From Myxococcales bacterium (lineage in GTDB: Bacteria; Myxococcota_A; UBA9042; JABWCM01; BTVJ01), in contig BTVJ01000030.1 of the NCBI GenBank assembly GCA_045863395.1, forward strand, positions 24,225 through 88,224: a stretch of 64,000 nucleotides of DNA, read 5' to 3'. Positions 35,750 through 44,654 of this stretch are shown piece after piece. Positions within the stretch are counted from its first letter, which is position 1. The number at the start of each line of letters is the position of its first letter. Both the position numbers and the translations under genes were made by a program. The notes beneath the pieces were generated by a model. That model was not told where the DNA came from. It searched no databases and saw only the letters and a list, made by a program, of their open reading frames with translations.

Positions 35750-35995
35750 GCGGCTCTGCTCCGTGGCCCTCGCCTGGAGTCCCGCCAACGCCGTGCGAAG
35801 CCGGAGACGTTTGAGAAGCTCGGCGCCAAGGGTAGCCCGGGCGCCGCGCGGGGTCCAGCCGTTGCGCCTCCCGAGGCGGGGCGCGGTCGAGTGATCTCGA
35901 GGTCTTGCGCGTGTCGTCCGCCCGCATGGCGCCAGGCATGCGTCGCTGTGGTATGCTCCCCATCCATCCGGGACATCGAGACGAGCGAGGGGCCC

Positions 35996-38900
35996 ATGCG
36001 GGACAGGCGTGAGCGCGGCGAGGAGGCAGAGAGGGCCGGGGGATCTGCCGGGGCTTTGGGTCCCGCGGAGACCAGGCCGAGGCGCGGCAACGCCGCCATG
36101 GCGCGGGCCGCGCTCGCCGAGCGGGGCGCTCCGAGGGCCGTCAGGCAGGTGCTCGAGGGCGGCGGGCGTCCGCTCCATGAGGGCGAGCTCGCACCCTTCG
36201 AGGGGGCCCTGGACGGCGACCTCTCCGGGGTGCGGATCCACGAAGGGGCCAACGCCGAGCGCGCCGCCGCGTCCGTCGGTGCCCGCGCCTTCACCGCCGG
36301 CCAGGACGTGGTCATGGGCAGCGGCGCCACGGCGGCGACGCTGGCCGAGGAGGTCGTCCACGCGCTGCAGCCGCAGGACCCGTCCCCGGCGGCGCTGGTC
36401 AGCGACCCGGGCGCCGCCGCGGAGCACGAGGCGCGGGGCGCCGTCGCCGCCCTCGCGCAGGGCCGCGCGGTCACCCCCTCCGAGACCCGCACCGCGGCCC
36501 TGGTCCGGGAGGCCTCGGGCGCGTCCCGAATCAGCGAGCTCCGCCAGCTCCTGGACGACGGCGACGAGGACGGCGCCATCAGCCTCATGGGCCGGCTCTC
36601 GGCGGCGGAGGTGGCCTCGGTCCTCGGCAACGCGAGCCTCAAGCAGCTCGCGGTCTCCTGCTTCGACGACGAGGAGATGTACCGCGGCGTCCGCGCCATG
36701 GGCGGCGACCTGTGGAAGTCGCTCGATTGGATGTTCGCGGAGGGCACGAGCCTCAGCTACGTGCTCGACGTCATCAACCGGTGCGCGAGCGATGCCCAGA
36801 AGGACGTGGTGCGCCGGAGCGGCACCATGCGCAGCCACTTCGTCGGGCTGTGCGATGATGGCGAGATGGTGCAGGTCACGAGTGCCCTCGGCGGGACGCT
36901 GGCGCAGAAGCTCGACTGGATGTTCGCCGAGGGCACGAGCTGGCAGGCGGCCCGCGCCCTGATCGTCGCCGCCCCGGAGGACCAGAAGGCCGCCGTGCGC
37001 ACCAGCGCCACCATGCGCGCGAGCTTCATCTCGCTGCTCGGCAACGACGAGATGCGCGACTGCGTGCAGGTGCTCGGCGGCCGCCTCATCGACCAGCTCA
37101 CGTGGATGTTCGCCGAGGGCACCGACTGGCCGTCCGTGCGGCAGATCATCGAGGCCCAGCCGGACCCGGCCCAACGGGCCGCCGTGCGTCAGAGCGCCGC
37201 CATGCGCGACGCCCTCGTGGGTGTCTGCGGCGACGACGAGATGGAGGACGCGGTGGTCCTCCTCGGTGGCGACCTCCGGTGGCGGCTCCAGTGGATGTTC
37301 GCGGAGGGCACGAGCTTCGAGGCGGTCAAGCGCCAGATCGGGCGCTGCCCCGAGTCGGAGCGCGCCGCCGTGACCACGGACACGGCGCTGCGAGACCACT
37401 TCGTGTCGCTGCTCGGTGACCAGGAGATGCAGGAGCTGGTGGGGATCCTGAGCGGCGACCTGCTGTTCAAGGTGGATTGGCTCATCGCCGAGGGCACGAG
37501 CTGGGACGCCATCAAGACCCACATCCAGGCGGCGCCGGAGTCACAGAAGGCGGCCGTGCGCGGCAGCGCCACGGCGCGGGCTCGCTTCTGCGACCTGCTC
37601 GGCAACGACCAGATGGCGGAGGCCGTCGACCTGCTCGGCGGGGACCTGCGGTTCAAGCTCGACTGGATGTTCGAGGAGGGCACCGACTGGGCTGCCGTCC
37701 GCGCGAAGATCACCGCCGCGGACGAGGCCGGGAAGGCCGCGGTGCGGGCGGACCCGACCATGCGCGGCCACTTCGTCTCGCTGCTCGGCAACGCGGAGAT
37801 GCAGGAGGCCGTGGGGCTGCTCGGGGGCGACCTGCGCTTCAAGCTCGACTGGATGATGGAGGAGGGCACGGACTGGGCGACCGTCCGCGCGATGATCGTC
37901 GCGGCGGACGAGCCGCAGCGGGCCGCGGTGCGTGGAGACTCCCGGATGCGGGGCCACTTCGTGTCGCTTCTCGGCAACGTAGAGATGGCCGACGCGGTGG
38001 TGGTGCTCGGAGGCGACCTGCGGTTCCAGCTCGACTGGATGTTCGCGGAGGGCACGGACTGGCCGACCGTCAAGGCGCGCATCCAGGCGGCGGACGAGGC
38101 CGGGCGGGCCGCCGTTCGTGGCGACCGGACCATGCGTGACCGCTTCGTGTCGCTGCTCGGCGACGACGAGATGCGCGAGGCGGTGGACCTGCTGGGCGGC
38201 GACCTGCGCTTCAAGCTCGAGTGGATGATGGAGGAGGGCACCGAGTGGTCCATCGTCCGGGCGATGATCGTCGCCGCGTCCGAGGCGGAGCGCGCGACCG
38301 TGCGCGGGGACCGGCGGATGCGGGAGCGCTTCGTGTCGCTGCTCGGCAACGACGAGATGGCCGACGCCGTGGTGGTGCTCGGGGGCGACCTGCGGTTCCA
38401 GCTCGACTGGATGTTCGCGGAGGGCACGGACTGGGCTACGGTCAGAGGGCGCATCCAGGCGGCGGACGATGCGGGGCGGGCGGCGGTGCGGCAGGACCCG
38501 GCCATGCGGGGCCACTTCGTGTCGCTGCTCGGCAACGACGAGATGGCGGAGGCCGTGGTGCTGCTCGGGGGGGACCTGCGGTTCCAGCTCGACTGGATGT
38601 TCGCGGAGGGCACGGACTGGCCGACCGTCCGCGGGCGCATCCAGGCGGCCGGCGAGGCGGAGCGTGCCGCCGTGCGTGCGGCGCCGGGGATGCGAGCGCT
38701 GTTCGTCTCGCTCTGCGGCGACGCGGAGATGGCCGAGGCGGTGGGGCTCCTCGGCGGGGACCTGAGGTTCAAGCTGGAGTGGACCCTGGAGGAGGGCACC
38801 ACCTGGGCGGCGGCGCGGGCCCTCATCGAGGCGGCCCCGGAGGCGGAGCGGGCGGTCGTGCGAGGGGACGCGGCCATGCGCGACCGCTTCGTGGGGCTGC

Positions 38901-41900
38901 TCGGCGACGACGAGATGGCCGAGGCGGTGGACGTGCTCGGGGGCGACCTGCGCTTCAAGCTCACCTGGATGTTCGCCGAGGGCACGGACTGGGCGGCCGT
39001 GCGGGCGAAGATCACGGCGGCGGACGAGGCGGGCAAGGCGGCAGTGCGGGGTGACGCGGCGATGCGCGGCCACTTCGTCTCATTGCTTGGCAACGCCGAG
39101 ATGGCGGAGGCGGTGGGGCTCCTCGGAGGGGACCTGCGCTTCAAGCTGGACTGGATGTTCGAGGAGGGAACCGACTGGGCGACGGTGCGCCCGCTGCTGG
39201 TCGCCGCGCCCGAGGCGGAGCGGGCGGCGGTGCGGACTGATCGGGCGATGCGGGGGCACTTCGTGTCCCTGCTCGGGGACGAGGAGATGAAGGACGCCGT
39301 GACCGTGCTCGGGGGCGACCTGCGATTCAAGCTCGAGTGGACCCTGGAGGAGGGCACGACGTGGGCCGAGGCCCGCGCCCTCATCGAGGCGGCGCCGGAG
39401 ACGGAGCGGGCGGCTGTGCGTGCGGACGCCGCCATGCGGGCGCGCTTCGTGTCGCTGCTCGGGGACGATGAGATGCGCGACGCAGTGGGGCTCCTCGGCG
39501 GGGACCTGCGCTTCAAGCTCGACTGGATGTTCGCGGAGGGCACGAGCTGGGAGTCGGTGCGCCCGCTCATCGAGGCGGCGCCGGAGACCGAGCGGGCGGC
39601 GGTGCGGACCGATCCGGCCATGCGCGCCCACTTCGTGTCGCTGCTCGGCAACGACGAGATGGCAGCCGCGGTGCAGCTCCTGGGCGGGGATCTGCTCTTC
39701 CAGCTCGACTGGATGTTCGCCGAGGGCACGGACTGGCCGACGGTGCGCGAGCGGATCCGCGCCGCCCCGGAGGCGCAGCGCGCGGCGGTGCGGGAGAGCG
39801 CCGCCATGAAGGGGCGCTTCATCGAGCTCCTGGGCAACGACGAGATGCGCGAGGCGGTGGGGCTCCTCGGGGGCGACGTCTTCTTCCACCTGACCTGGAT
39901 GCTGGCCGAGGGGACGAGCTGGGAGGCGGTCCGCGCGGAGCTGGAGGCGGCCGACGAGGCGGGGAAGGCGCGCATCCGCGGCGATCTCGGCATGCGCGGC
40001 TGGTTCGTCGACAACCTGAACGACGCGCAGATGGCCGACGCGGTGGGGCTCCTCGGGGGCGACCTGCGCTTCAAGCTCGGGTGGACCCTGGCGGAGGGGA
40101 CGACCTGGGCGGCCGTCCGGGCGCTGATCGAGGCCGCGCCGGCGCCGGAGCGCACGGCGGTCGCCAGCGACCACGAGCTGATGGCGAGCATCGCGGCGCT
40201 CTGCACCGCGCAGGAGCTGCGAGCGGCCCTCGACCTGCTCGGCGCGGACCTGGTGGTCCGGGTGGGCTTCCTGCTGGGCCAGGGCATCGACGACGCCGGG
40301 CTGCGGGCGACCATCGCGGCGGCGCCGCCCGAGCAGCAGATGGCGCTCATCGGGAGCACGCACCTCGCGGGCGTTCTGGCCACGCTGACGGGGAGCGCCA
40401 TCGACGCCTTCACCGCGCTGGCCGACCCGGGCCGCTTCGCTACCGCGATGGGCAACCCGACCATGGTCAGTGAGCTCCTGGAGCAGCCGGCAGACGGCGT
40501 GCTGACACGGCTGGCAGGGACCGAGGCGGCGGCCGCGGCGGCGCTGAACCACATGGACGACAGCCTGTCGTGGATGCGCCCGCTGCCGGTGCGGGGCGCG
40601 CTGTCGGAGCCGCAGCGGCAGGCGCTGCGTGTGCTGTTCAACCAGGCGCCGCGGGTGCCGCAGCGGTGGAGCCTCTTCGAGCGGCGCTTCGGCGCCGATC
40701 TCTCCGGGCGCTGGGGGAGCACGCTGGACCCGGGGGACCTCGGGCGGCTCTGGACGATCCTCGACCGGCTCCCGGAGTCGCAGATCGAGGACAACCGCTA
40801 CATCGACGACCTGGTGCGCCACTTCCGAGGCGGCGGGACCTACCAGGGCGGGACCATCAACATCGGCTCCATGCCGAACGACCACGACTTCTACGCCCCG
40901 GAGGGCTGGCGCACACGCTCGGAGATTGCGGGGATCCTGGGCATCTCGGAGGCCGACGTGGACGCGCAGGTCACGGCGGGCATGATCCGGAAGCAGACCA
41001 TCGGGGGCCAGGACCTCTACTCCCTGTTTCAGTCCTACACCAAGCCCCAGATGGCGGGCCTTCTGGGGATCACCGAGGCGGACGTGGACACCCTCGCGGC
41101 GTCGTCCGTCCTCGTGCGCAATGGGACTCTGTACCGCATCAACCACGCCCAGTGGCGGACGGCGGCAGAGATGGCGGCGTACCTGGGCATCCCGGAGGGG
41201 GACCTGGACGGCCGCGTCACCGCCGGGCAGCTCGTGCGGGCGACGGTGGGCGGGGCTGTGAAGTACGCGGTGCGGCTGGTGGTGCAGTCCTACTTCGACC
41301 ACACGGTGCTCCACGAGGTGGGCCATGCGGTGGACGACATGCTCGGCAACCACACGGACATCGTGTACGGGTGGGCCGGCTGGGAGAAGTACGGCGAGGG
41401 AGACGTACGCAGGTGGGCCGACCAGATGGGGGGCTGGGGGCCGGTGCAGGCCGGCGACACCCTGGAGGACATCAAGTCGGCGATCTGCTCCGCCATGGAC
41501 GACTACATGGACAAGTCGTCGGACATCCCGGCCCCGGGGGAGAACATCGGCGCGGACCTTCCGCCCACCCACGCCTGGCACCGGTATTCCAACTGGCCCA
41601 TCGTGCGCTGGGCCGGGACCAAGATGTTCCACTACACGACGCCCCACCCCCACGACGACGGGACCCACCTCTACACGGCCAACTTCTACTACCAGAAGTG
41701 GATGCGCGTGAAGAGCGCGGCGGTGCGGTCCATCCCGCGCGACTACACGCGGTTCGCGCCCGAGGAGTGGTTCGCCGACTCCTACGCCGAGTTCTACCGC
41801 CTCTACGACGGCACCCCTGCGACCGAGCACCTCAAGGGAGGCAACCTCCAGAGCGTCGTGAAGGAGTGGTTCAGACAGCACGTGGACCAGCGCGGTCGCA

Positions 41901-41968
41901 CGCCTCAGAACCAGACGGCGGGCGGAAGACCGTCGCCGACGTCTGGCGTCCACAGCGGGCGGAGGTAG
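35996..41968 (+). CDS. DUF4157 (eCIS core domain) protein with 19 helical repeats and C-terminal HEXXH metallopeptidase; putative toxin/effector
   Basis: GNAA, GGRPL, DLSGVRIHEG, ARAFTAGQDV, EHEA; HEVGH and PEEWFADSYA at C-terminus; 1990 aa from ATG 35996. Confidence 0.85.
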   Translation: MRDRRERGEEAERAGGSAGALGPAETRPRRGNAAMARAALAERGAPRAVRQVLEGGGRPLHEGELAPFEGALDGDLSGVRIHEGANAERAAASVGARAFTAGQDVVMGSGATAATLAEEVVHALQPQDPSPAALVSDPGAAAEHEARGAVAALAQGRAVTPSETRTAALVREASGASRISELRQLLDDGDEDGAISLMGRLSAAEVASVLGNASLKQLAVSCFDDEEMYRGVRAMGGDLWKSLDWMFAEGTSLSYVLDVINRCASDAQKDVVRRSGTMRSHFVGLCDDGEMVQVTSALGGTLAQKLDWMFAEGTSWQAARALIVAAPEDQKAAVRTSATMRASFISLLGNDEMRDCVQVLGGRLIDQLTWMFAEGTDWPSVRQIIEAQPDPAQRAAVRQSAAMRDALVGVCGDDEMEDAVVLLGGDLRWRLQWMFAEGTSFEAVKRQIGRCPESERAAVTTDTALRDHFVSLLGDQEMQELVGILSGDLLFKVDWLIAEGTSWDAIKTHIQAAPESQKAAVRGSATARARFCDLLGNDQMAEAVDLLGGDLRFKLDWMFEEGTDWAAVRAKITAADEAGKAAVRADPTMRGHFVSLLGNAEMQEAVGLLGGDLRFKLDWMMEEGTDWATVRAMIVAADEPQRAAVRGDSRMRGHFVSLLGNVEMADAVVVLGGDLRFQLDWMFAEGTDWPTVKARIQAADEAGRAAVRGDRTMRDRFVSLLGDDEMREAVDLLGGDLRFKLEWMMEEGTEWSIVRAMIVAASEAERATVRGDRRMRERFVSLLGNDEMADAVVVLGGDLRFQLDWMFAEGTDWATVRGRIQAADDAGRAAVRQDPAMRGHFVSLLGNDEMAEAVVLLGGDLRFQLDWMFAEGTDWPTVRGRIQAAGEAERAAVRAAPGMRALFVSLCGDAEMAEAVGLLGGDLRFKLEWTLEEGTTWAAARALIEAAPEAERAVVRGDAAMRDRFVGLLGDDEMAEAVDVLGGDLRFKLTWMFAEGTDWAAVRAKITAADEAGKAAVRGDAAMRGHFVSLLGNAEMAEAVGLLGGDLRFKLDWMFEEGTDWATVRPLLVAAPEAERAAVRTDRAMRGHFVSLLGDEEMKDAVTVLGGDLRFKLEWTLEEGTTWAEARALIEAAPETERAAVRADAAMRARFVSLLGDDEMRDAVGLLGGDLRFKLDWMFAEGTSWESVRPLIEAAPETERAAVRTDPAMRAHFVSLLGNDEMAAAVQLLGGDLLFQLDWMFAEGTDWPTVRERIRAAPEAQRAAVRESAAMKGRFIELLGNDEMREAVGLLGGDVFFHLTWMLAEGTSWEAVRAELEAADEAGKARIRGDLGMRGWFVDNLNDAQMADAVGLLGGDLRFKLGWTLAEGTTWAAVRALIEAAPAPERTAVASDHELMASIAALCTAQELRAALDLLGADLVVRVGFLLGQGIDDAGLRATIAAAPPEQQMALIGSTHLAGVLATLTGSAIDAFTALADPGRFATAMGNPTMVSELLEQPADGVLTRLAGTEAAAAAALNHMDDSLSWMRPLPVRGALSEPQRQALRVLFNQAPRVPQRWSLFERRFGADLSGRWGSTLDPGDLGRLWTILDRLPESQIEDNRYIDDLVRHFRGGGTYQGGTINIGSMPNDHDFYAPEGWRTRSEIAGILGISEADVDAQVTAGMIRKQTIGGQDLYSLFQSYTKPQMAGLLGITEADVDTLAASSVLVRNGTLYRINHAQWRTAAEMAAYLGIPEGDLDGRVTAGQLVRATVGGAVKYAVRLVVQSYFDHTVLHEVGHAVDDMLGNHTDIVYGWAGWEKYGEGDVRRWADQMGGWGPVQAGDTLEDIKSAICSAMDDYMDKSSDIPAPGENIGADLPPTHAWHRYSNWPIVRWAGTKMFHYTTPHPHDDGTHLYTANFYYQKWMRVKSAAVRSIPRDYTRFAPEEWFADSYAEFYRLYDGTPATEHLKGGNLQSVVKEWFRQHVDQRGRTPQNQTAGGRPSPTSGVHSGRR
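36701..40240 (+). repeat. Intragenic tandem array: 19 x ~186 bp (62 aa)
   Basis: Consensus GGDLRFKLDWMFAEGTDWAAVRALIxAAPEAERAAVRxDxAMRxHFVSLLGNDEMAEAVGLL; 3540 bp = 17 x 62 aa + 2 x 63 aa. Confidence 0.95.
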
Positions 41969-41978
41969 TGTCGGGCGC

Positions 41979-42512
41979 CTACTGGCGCCGCAGGAGGAGC
42001 TGCTTCAGCTCGTCGAGCTCCTTGCGCAGCGCGGCGACCTCGTCGCGGGAGGCTGTGCGGTCATCGCGGGCATCGGGGTCCGGGGGCGGCTCGTCGTCGG
42101 GGGGCTCGACGGGCGCGCTGGGCCGTGACCGGGGGGCGGGGCGCCCGAAGGGCATGGGGATGGGCTGCGACGCGAAGGGGTTGAGGTGGGTGAACAGGCC
42201 GATGCCCCGGCGGGCCTGCATGTAGACCTCGAAGGCCCAGCTCACCCAGCGGCCCATGAACTCGGCGAAGGGCAGGTCGCCCATGCGGATCATCTGGACC
42301 AGCAGCGGGGTCGGCAGCAGCTTCGCGGCGCCCCGGCTCTCGAACAGGATCTGCGTGAGGGTCACCTGGGTCAGGTCCTCACCGGTCTTCGCGTCCGTGA
42401 CGACCACATCCGCGCCCCGCTCGATCTTGACCGCCAGCTCCTCCAGCGTGACGTAGCGGCTCTCGTCCGTGTCGTAGAGCCGGCGGTTGCTGTACTTCTT
42501 GATGACGACCAT
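41979..42512 (-). CDS. phaR: PHA synthesis repressor PhaR
   Basis: IKKYSNRRLYDT, YVTLEEL, DAKTGEDLT..TLTQI. Confidence 0.92.
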   Translation of the reverse strand: MVVIKKYSNRRLYDTDESRYVTLEELAVKIERGADVVVTDAKTGEDLTQVTLTQILFESRGAAKLLPTPLLVQMIRMGDLPFAEFMGRWVSWAFEVYMQARRGIGLFTHLNPFASQPIPMPFGRPAPRSRPSAPVEPPDDEPPPDPDARDDRTASRDEVAALRKELDELKQLLLRRQ

Positions 42513-42615
42513 GGAGCCTCCGATGCTGCGGTGCGGTAGAGCCGGATCCTACCGTGGTCCCTGCTCTCCGTCCAGGCTTGTTTCACCAAGCTGTGGCGCC
42601 ATGGTCCCGGTTTTG

Positions 42616-42642
42616 TGCAGCGCGGTTGCTGCGATGCAAAAT
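42616..42642. promoter_or_regulatory. Putative PhaR operator in the phaR/lipoprotein divergent promoter
   Basis: TGCAGCGCG at 42616 and TGCGATGCA at 42630 within TTGCTGCGATGCAAAAT. Confidence 0.65.
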
Positions 42643-42720
42643 GGCCATTGACAGCCGGGCGCTGCGGGGGTAGTCATGGGCTCGCTGGCCTCACGAGTCG
42701 GGGCCACGAGGAGCGACCCG

Positions 42721-43749
42721 ATGCGCAGCCGAACCCTCATCGTGACCCTGGCGCTGGGCCTCGTGGCCTGCCCCGAGGACCCCAAGGAGTGCGCCACCGG
42801 TGCGGACTGCCCCTCTGGAGCGTGCACGGCGTCCGGCGTGTGCGTTGGGCTCGACGCGTCGGAGGGCCCGGACTGGGCCGGCGGGGAGCCCGATGACGGG
42901 GGAGGCGTGGACGCTACGGGGGGAGAGGACGTGGCCGTAGGGTCGGACGTCCCTGGCGCATTGGACAGTGGAGCGCTGCCTGGAACCGACGTGAGCATCG
43001 ACACCGCCGCGCCGAAGGACACGGGCCCGGCGCCGGACACGGGCGGAGGCGTCTGCCAGCCCAACGACGACGGCGTGGTCACCCGGGACGAGATGCCCAT
43101 CGCGGCGGGCCTCCACGCGAGCTACCGGGTGGCGACGGACGTGACCTGGAGCACGGCTGCCAAGGGCACGGCCGGCTCCCTGACGTGGGACCTCTCCGGA
43201 GGCTTCCCCGGGGACACCAACACGCTGGTGGAGGCCCGCTCCCTGGAGGGCACCTGGTTCGAGGGGGACTTCCCGGACGCCACCTACGCGGCGCGGCTGT
43301 CCGAGACCCAGAACCTGCTCGGCGTCTTCAAGGTGACGGACTCCGGGCTCTTCCTCGTCGGCGTCGTCAGCATCGAGGACGGGGTGACCGCCACCAAGGT
43401 CACGTATGATCCGCCCGCTCAGGTGCTCCAGTTCCCCATGAGCGAGGGGGATGTGTGGAAGACCAAGTCCACCGTCACGGGCACCACCCTCGGCGTCTGG
43501 TCCTTCTACACGGAAGACTACCGCTCGGAGGTGGACGCCCATGGGACGCTGAAGACCCCCTTCGGCGACTTCCCGGTGCTGCGGGTGAACGTGGAGCTGG
43601 TCCGCACGGTGGGGGTGCTCCCCACCACCACCCGCACCCACATGTTCGTCGCCGAGTGCTTCGGCACGGTGGGGACGGTGGTGTCGAAGCCCAACGAGCT
43701 GAAGGCGGAGTTCGAGGCGGTCAGCGAGCTGCGGAGGCTGGCCCCGTGA
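42721..43749 (+). CDS. Lipoprotein, beta-rich, paralog of 46229-47113
   Basis: Lipobox LVAC; acidic linker; CQPNDDGVVTRDE and ECFG...ELRRL motifs. Confidence 0.8.
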   Translation: MRSRTLIVTLALGLVACPEDPKECATGADCPSGACTASGVCVGLDASEGPDWAGGEPDDGGGVDATGGEDVAVGSDVPGALDSGALPGTDVSIDTAAPKDTGPAPDTGGGVCQPNDDGVVTRDEMPIAAGLHASYRVATDVTWSTAAKGTAGSLTWDLSGGFPGDTNTLVEARSLEGTWFEGDFPDATYAARLSETQNLLGVFKVTDSGLFLVGVVSIEDGVTATKVTYDPPAQVLQFPMSEGDVWKTKSTVTGTTLGVWSFYTEDYRSEVDAHGTLKTPFGDFPVLRVNVELVRTVGVLPTTTRTHMFVAECFGTVGTVVSKPNELKAEFEAVSELRRLAP

Positions 43750-44654
43750 CGCGCGGGTGGCTGCTTCGCGCCCCGTGGGTGGGGGCCCTCGCGGTGGTGG
43801 CGGGGTGCCTGTCCTTCCACGCGGGCCCCATGCCCGGAGAGCCGGTGGACGCCACCTTCATGGAGGTGGACGGCGTGCGTCTGCGCTACCTGGACGAGGG
43901 GCAGGGTGCGCCGGTGGTGCTGATCCACGGCTTCGCGTCGGCCATCGAGAACTGGGCGGCCGTGATCCCGAAGCTGCGGGAGCGCCATCGCGTCATCGCG
44001 CTGGATCTCAAAGGCTTCGGCTGGAGTGACCGCCCTGAAGGGGACTACTCCCCCGAGGCCGAGGCCCGGCTGGTGCTCGGGCTCATGGACCGCCTTCACG
44101 TGGATCGCGCCGCCGTCGTCGCCCACTCCTGGGGATCGTCCGTGGCGCTGGCCCTCGCGCTCCAGGCCCCCGAGCGGGTGTCGCGACTCGCGCTCTACGA
44201 CGCCTGGGTCTACGAGTCTCAGCAGCCGAGCTTCTTCCTCTGGTCCCGCGCCGCCGGCCTGGGGGAGTTCCTCGTGGGCGCGTACTACGACCAGCGGCCC
44301 GACGACCGCATGACGGCGGCCTTCTTCAACAAGGACGCGATCCCCGAGCGGCTCATCGAGGAGGTGGAGTCCGCCCTGGAGCGGCCCGGCACCAAGGCGG
44401 CGGCGCTGGCGGCCATCCGGGGGCAGCGGTTTGCCGAGCTGGAGGGGCGCTACGGCACCATCGAGGCTCCTGCGCTGCTGCTCTGGGGGCGGGAGGACGA
44501 GGTGACGCCGGTCAGCGTCGGCGAGCAGTTGGTGCGCCAGCTCCGGGACGCCCGGCTCATCGTCTACGAGCGCTGCGGCCACTTCCCCATGATCGAGGCG
44601 GAGGCCACGTCGACGCGGGACCTCATGGCCTTCCTCGCCGAGGGGGCGCTGTGA
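43746..44654 (+). CDS. Alpha/beta hydrolase, probable lipoprotein
   Basis: VAGC lipobox; IHGF, DLKGFG, AHSWG nucleophile, WGREDEV, CGHFP; GTGA overlap. Confidence 0.88.
   Translation: MTRGWLLRAPWVGALAVVAGCLSFHAGPMPGEPVDATFMEVDGVRLRYLDEGQGAPVVLIHGFASAIENWAAVIPKLRERHRVIALDLKGFGWSDRPEGDYSPEAEARLVLGLMDRLHVDRAAVVAHSWGSSVALALALQAPERVSRLALYDAWVYESQQPSFFLWSRAAGLGEFLVGAYYDQRPDDRMTAAFFNKDAIPERLIEEVESALERPGTKAAALAAIRGQRFAELEGRYGTIEAPALLLWGREDEVTPVSVGEQLVRQLRDARLIVYERCGHFPMIEAEATSTRDLMAFLAEGAL

Noticed and set aside
34637..35995. N-terminal 453 aa of the 2443-aa ORF in the track
   Set aside because: Overlaps the CpXC operon on the opposite strand; ATG 35996 has an RBS-like GAGGG and upstream TGGTATGCT
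36701..40240. Regular repeat array considered as CRISPR or DGR
   Set aside because: Units are in-frame, fully coding and have no unique spacers; no cas or reverse transcriptase gene
37189..40794. 1201-aa repetitive - strand ORF
   Set aside because: Shadow of the 62-aa repeat array
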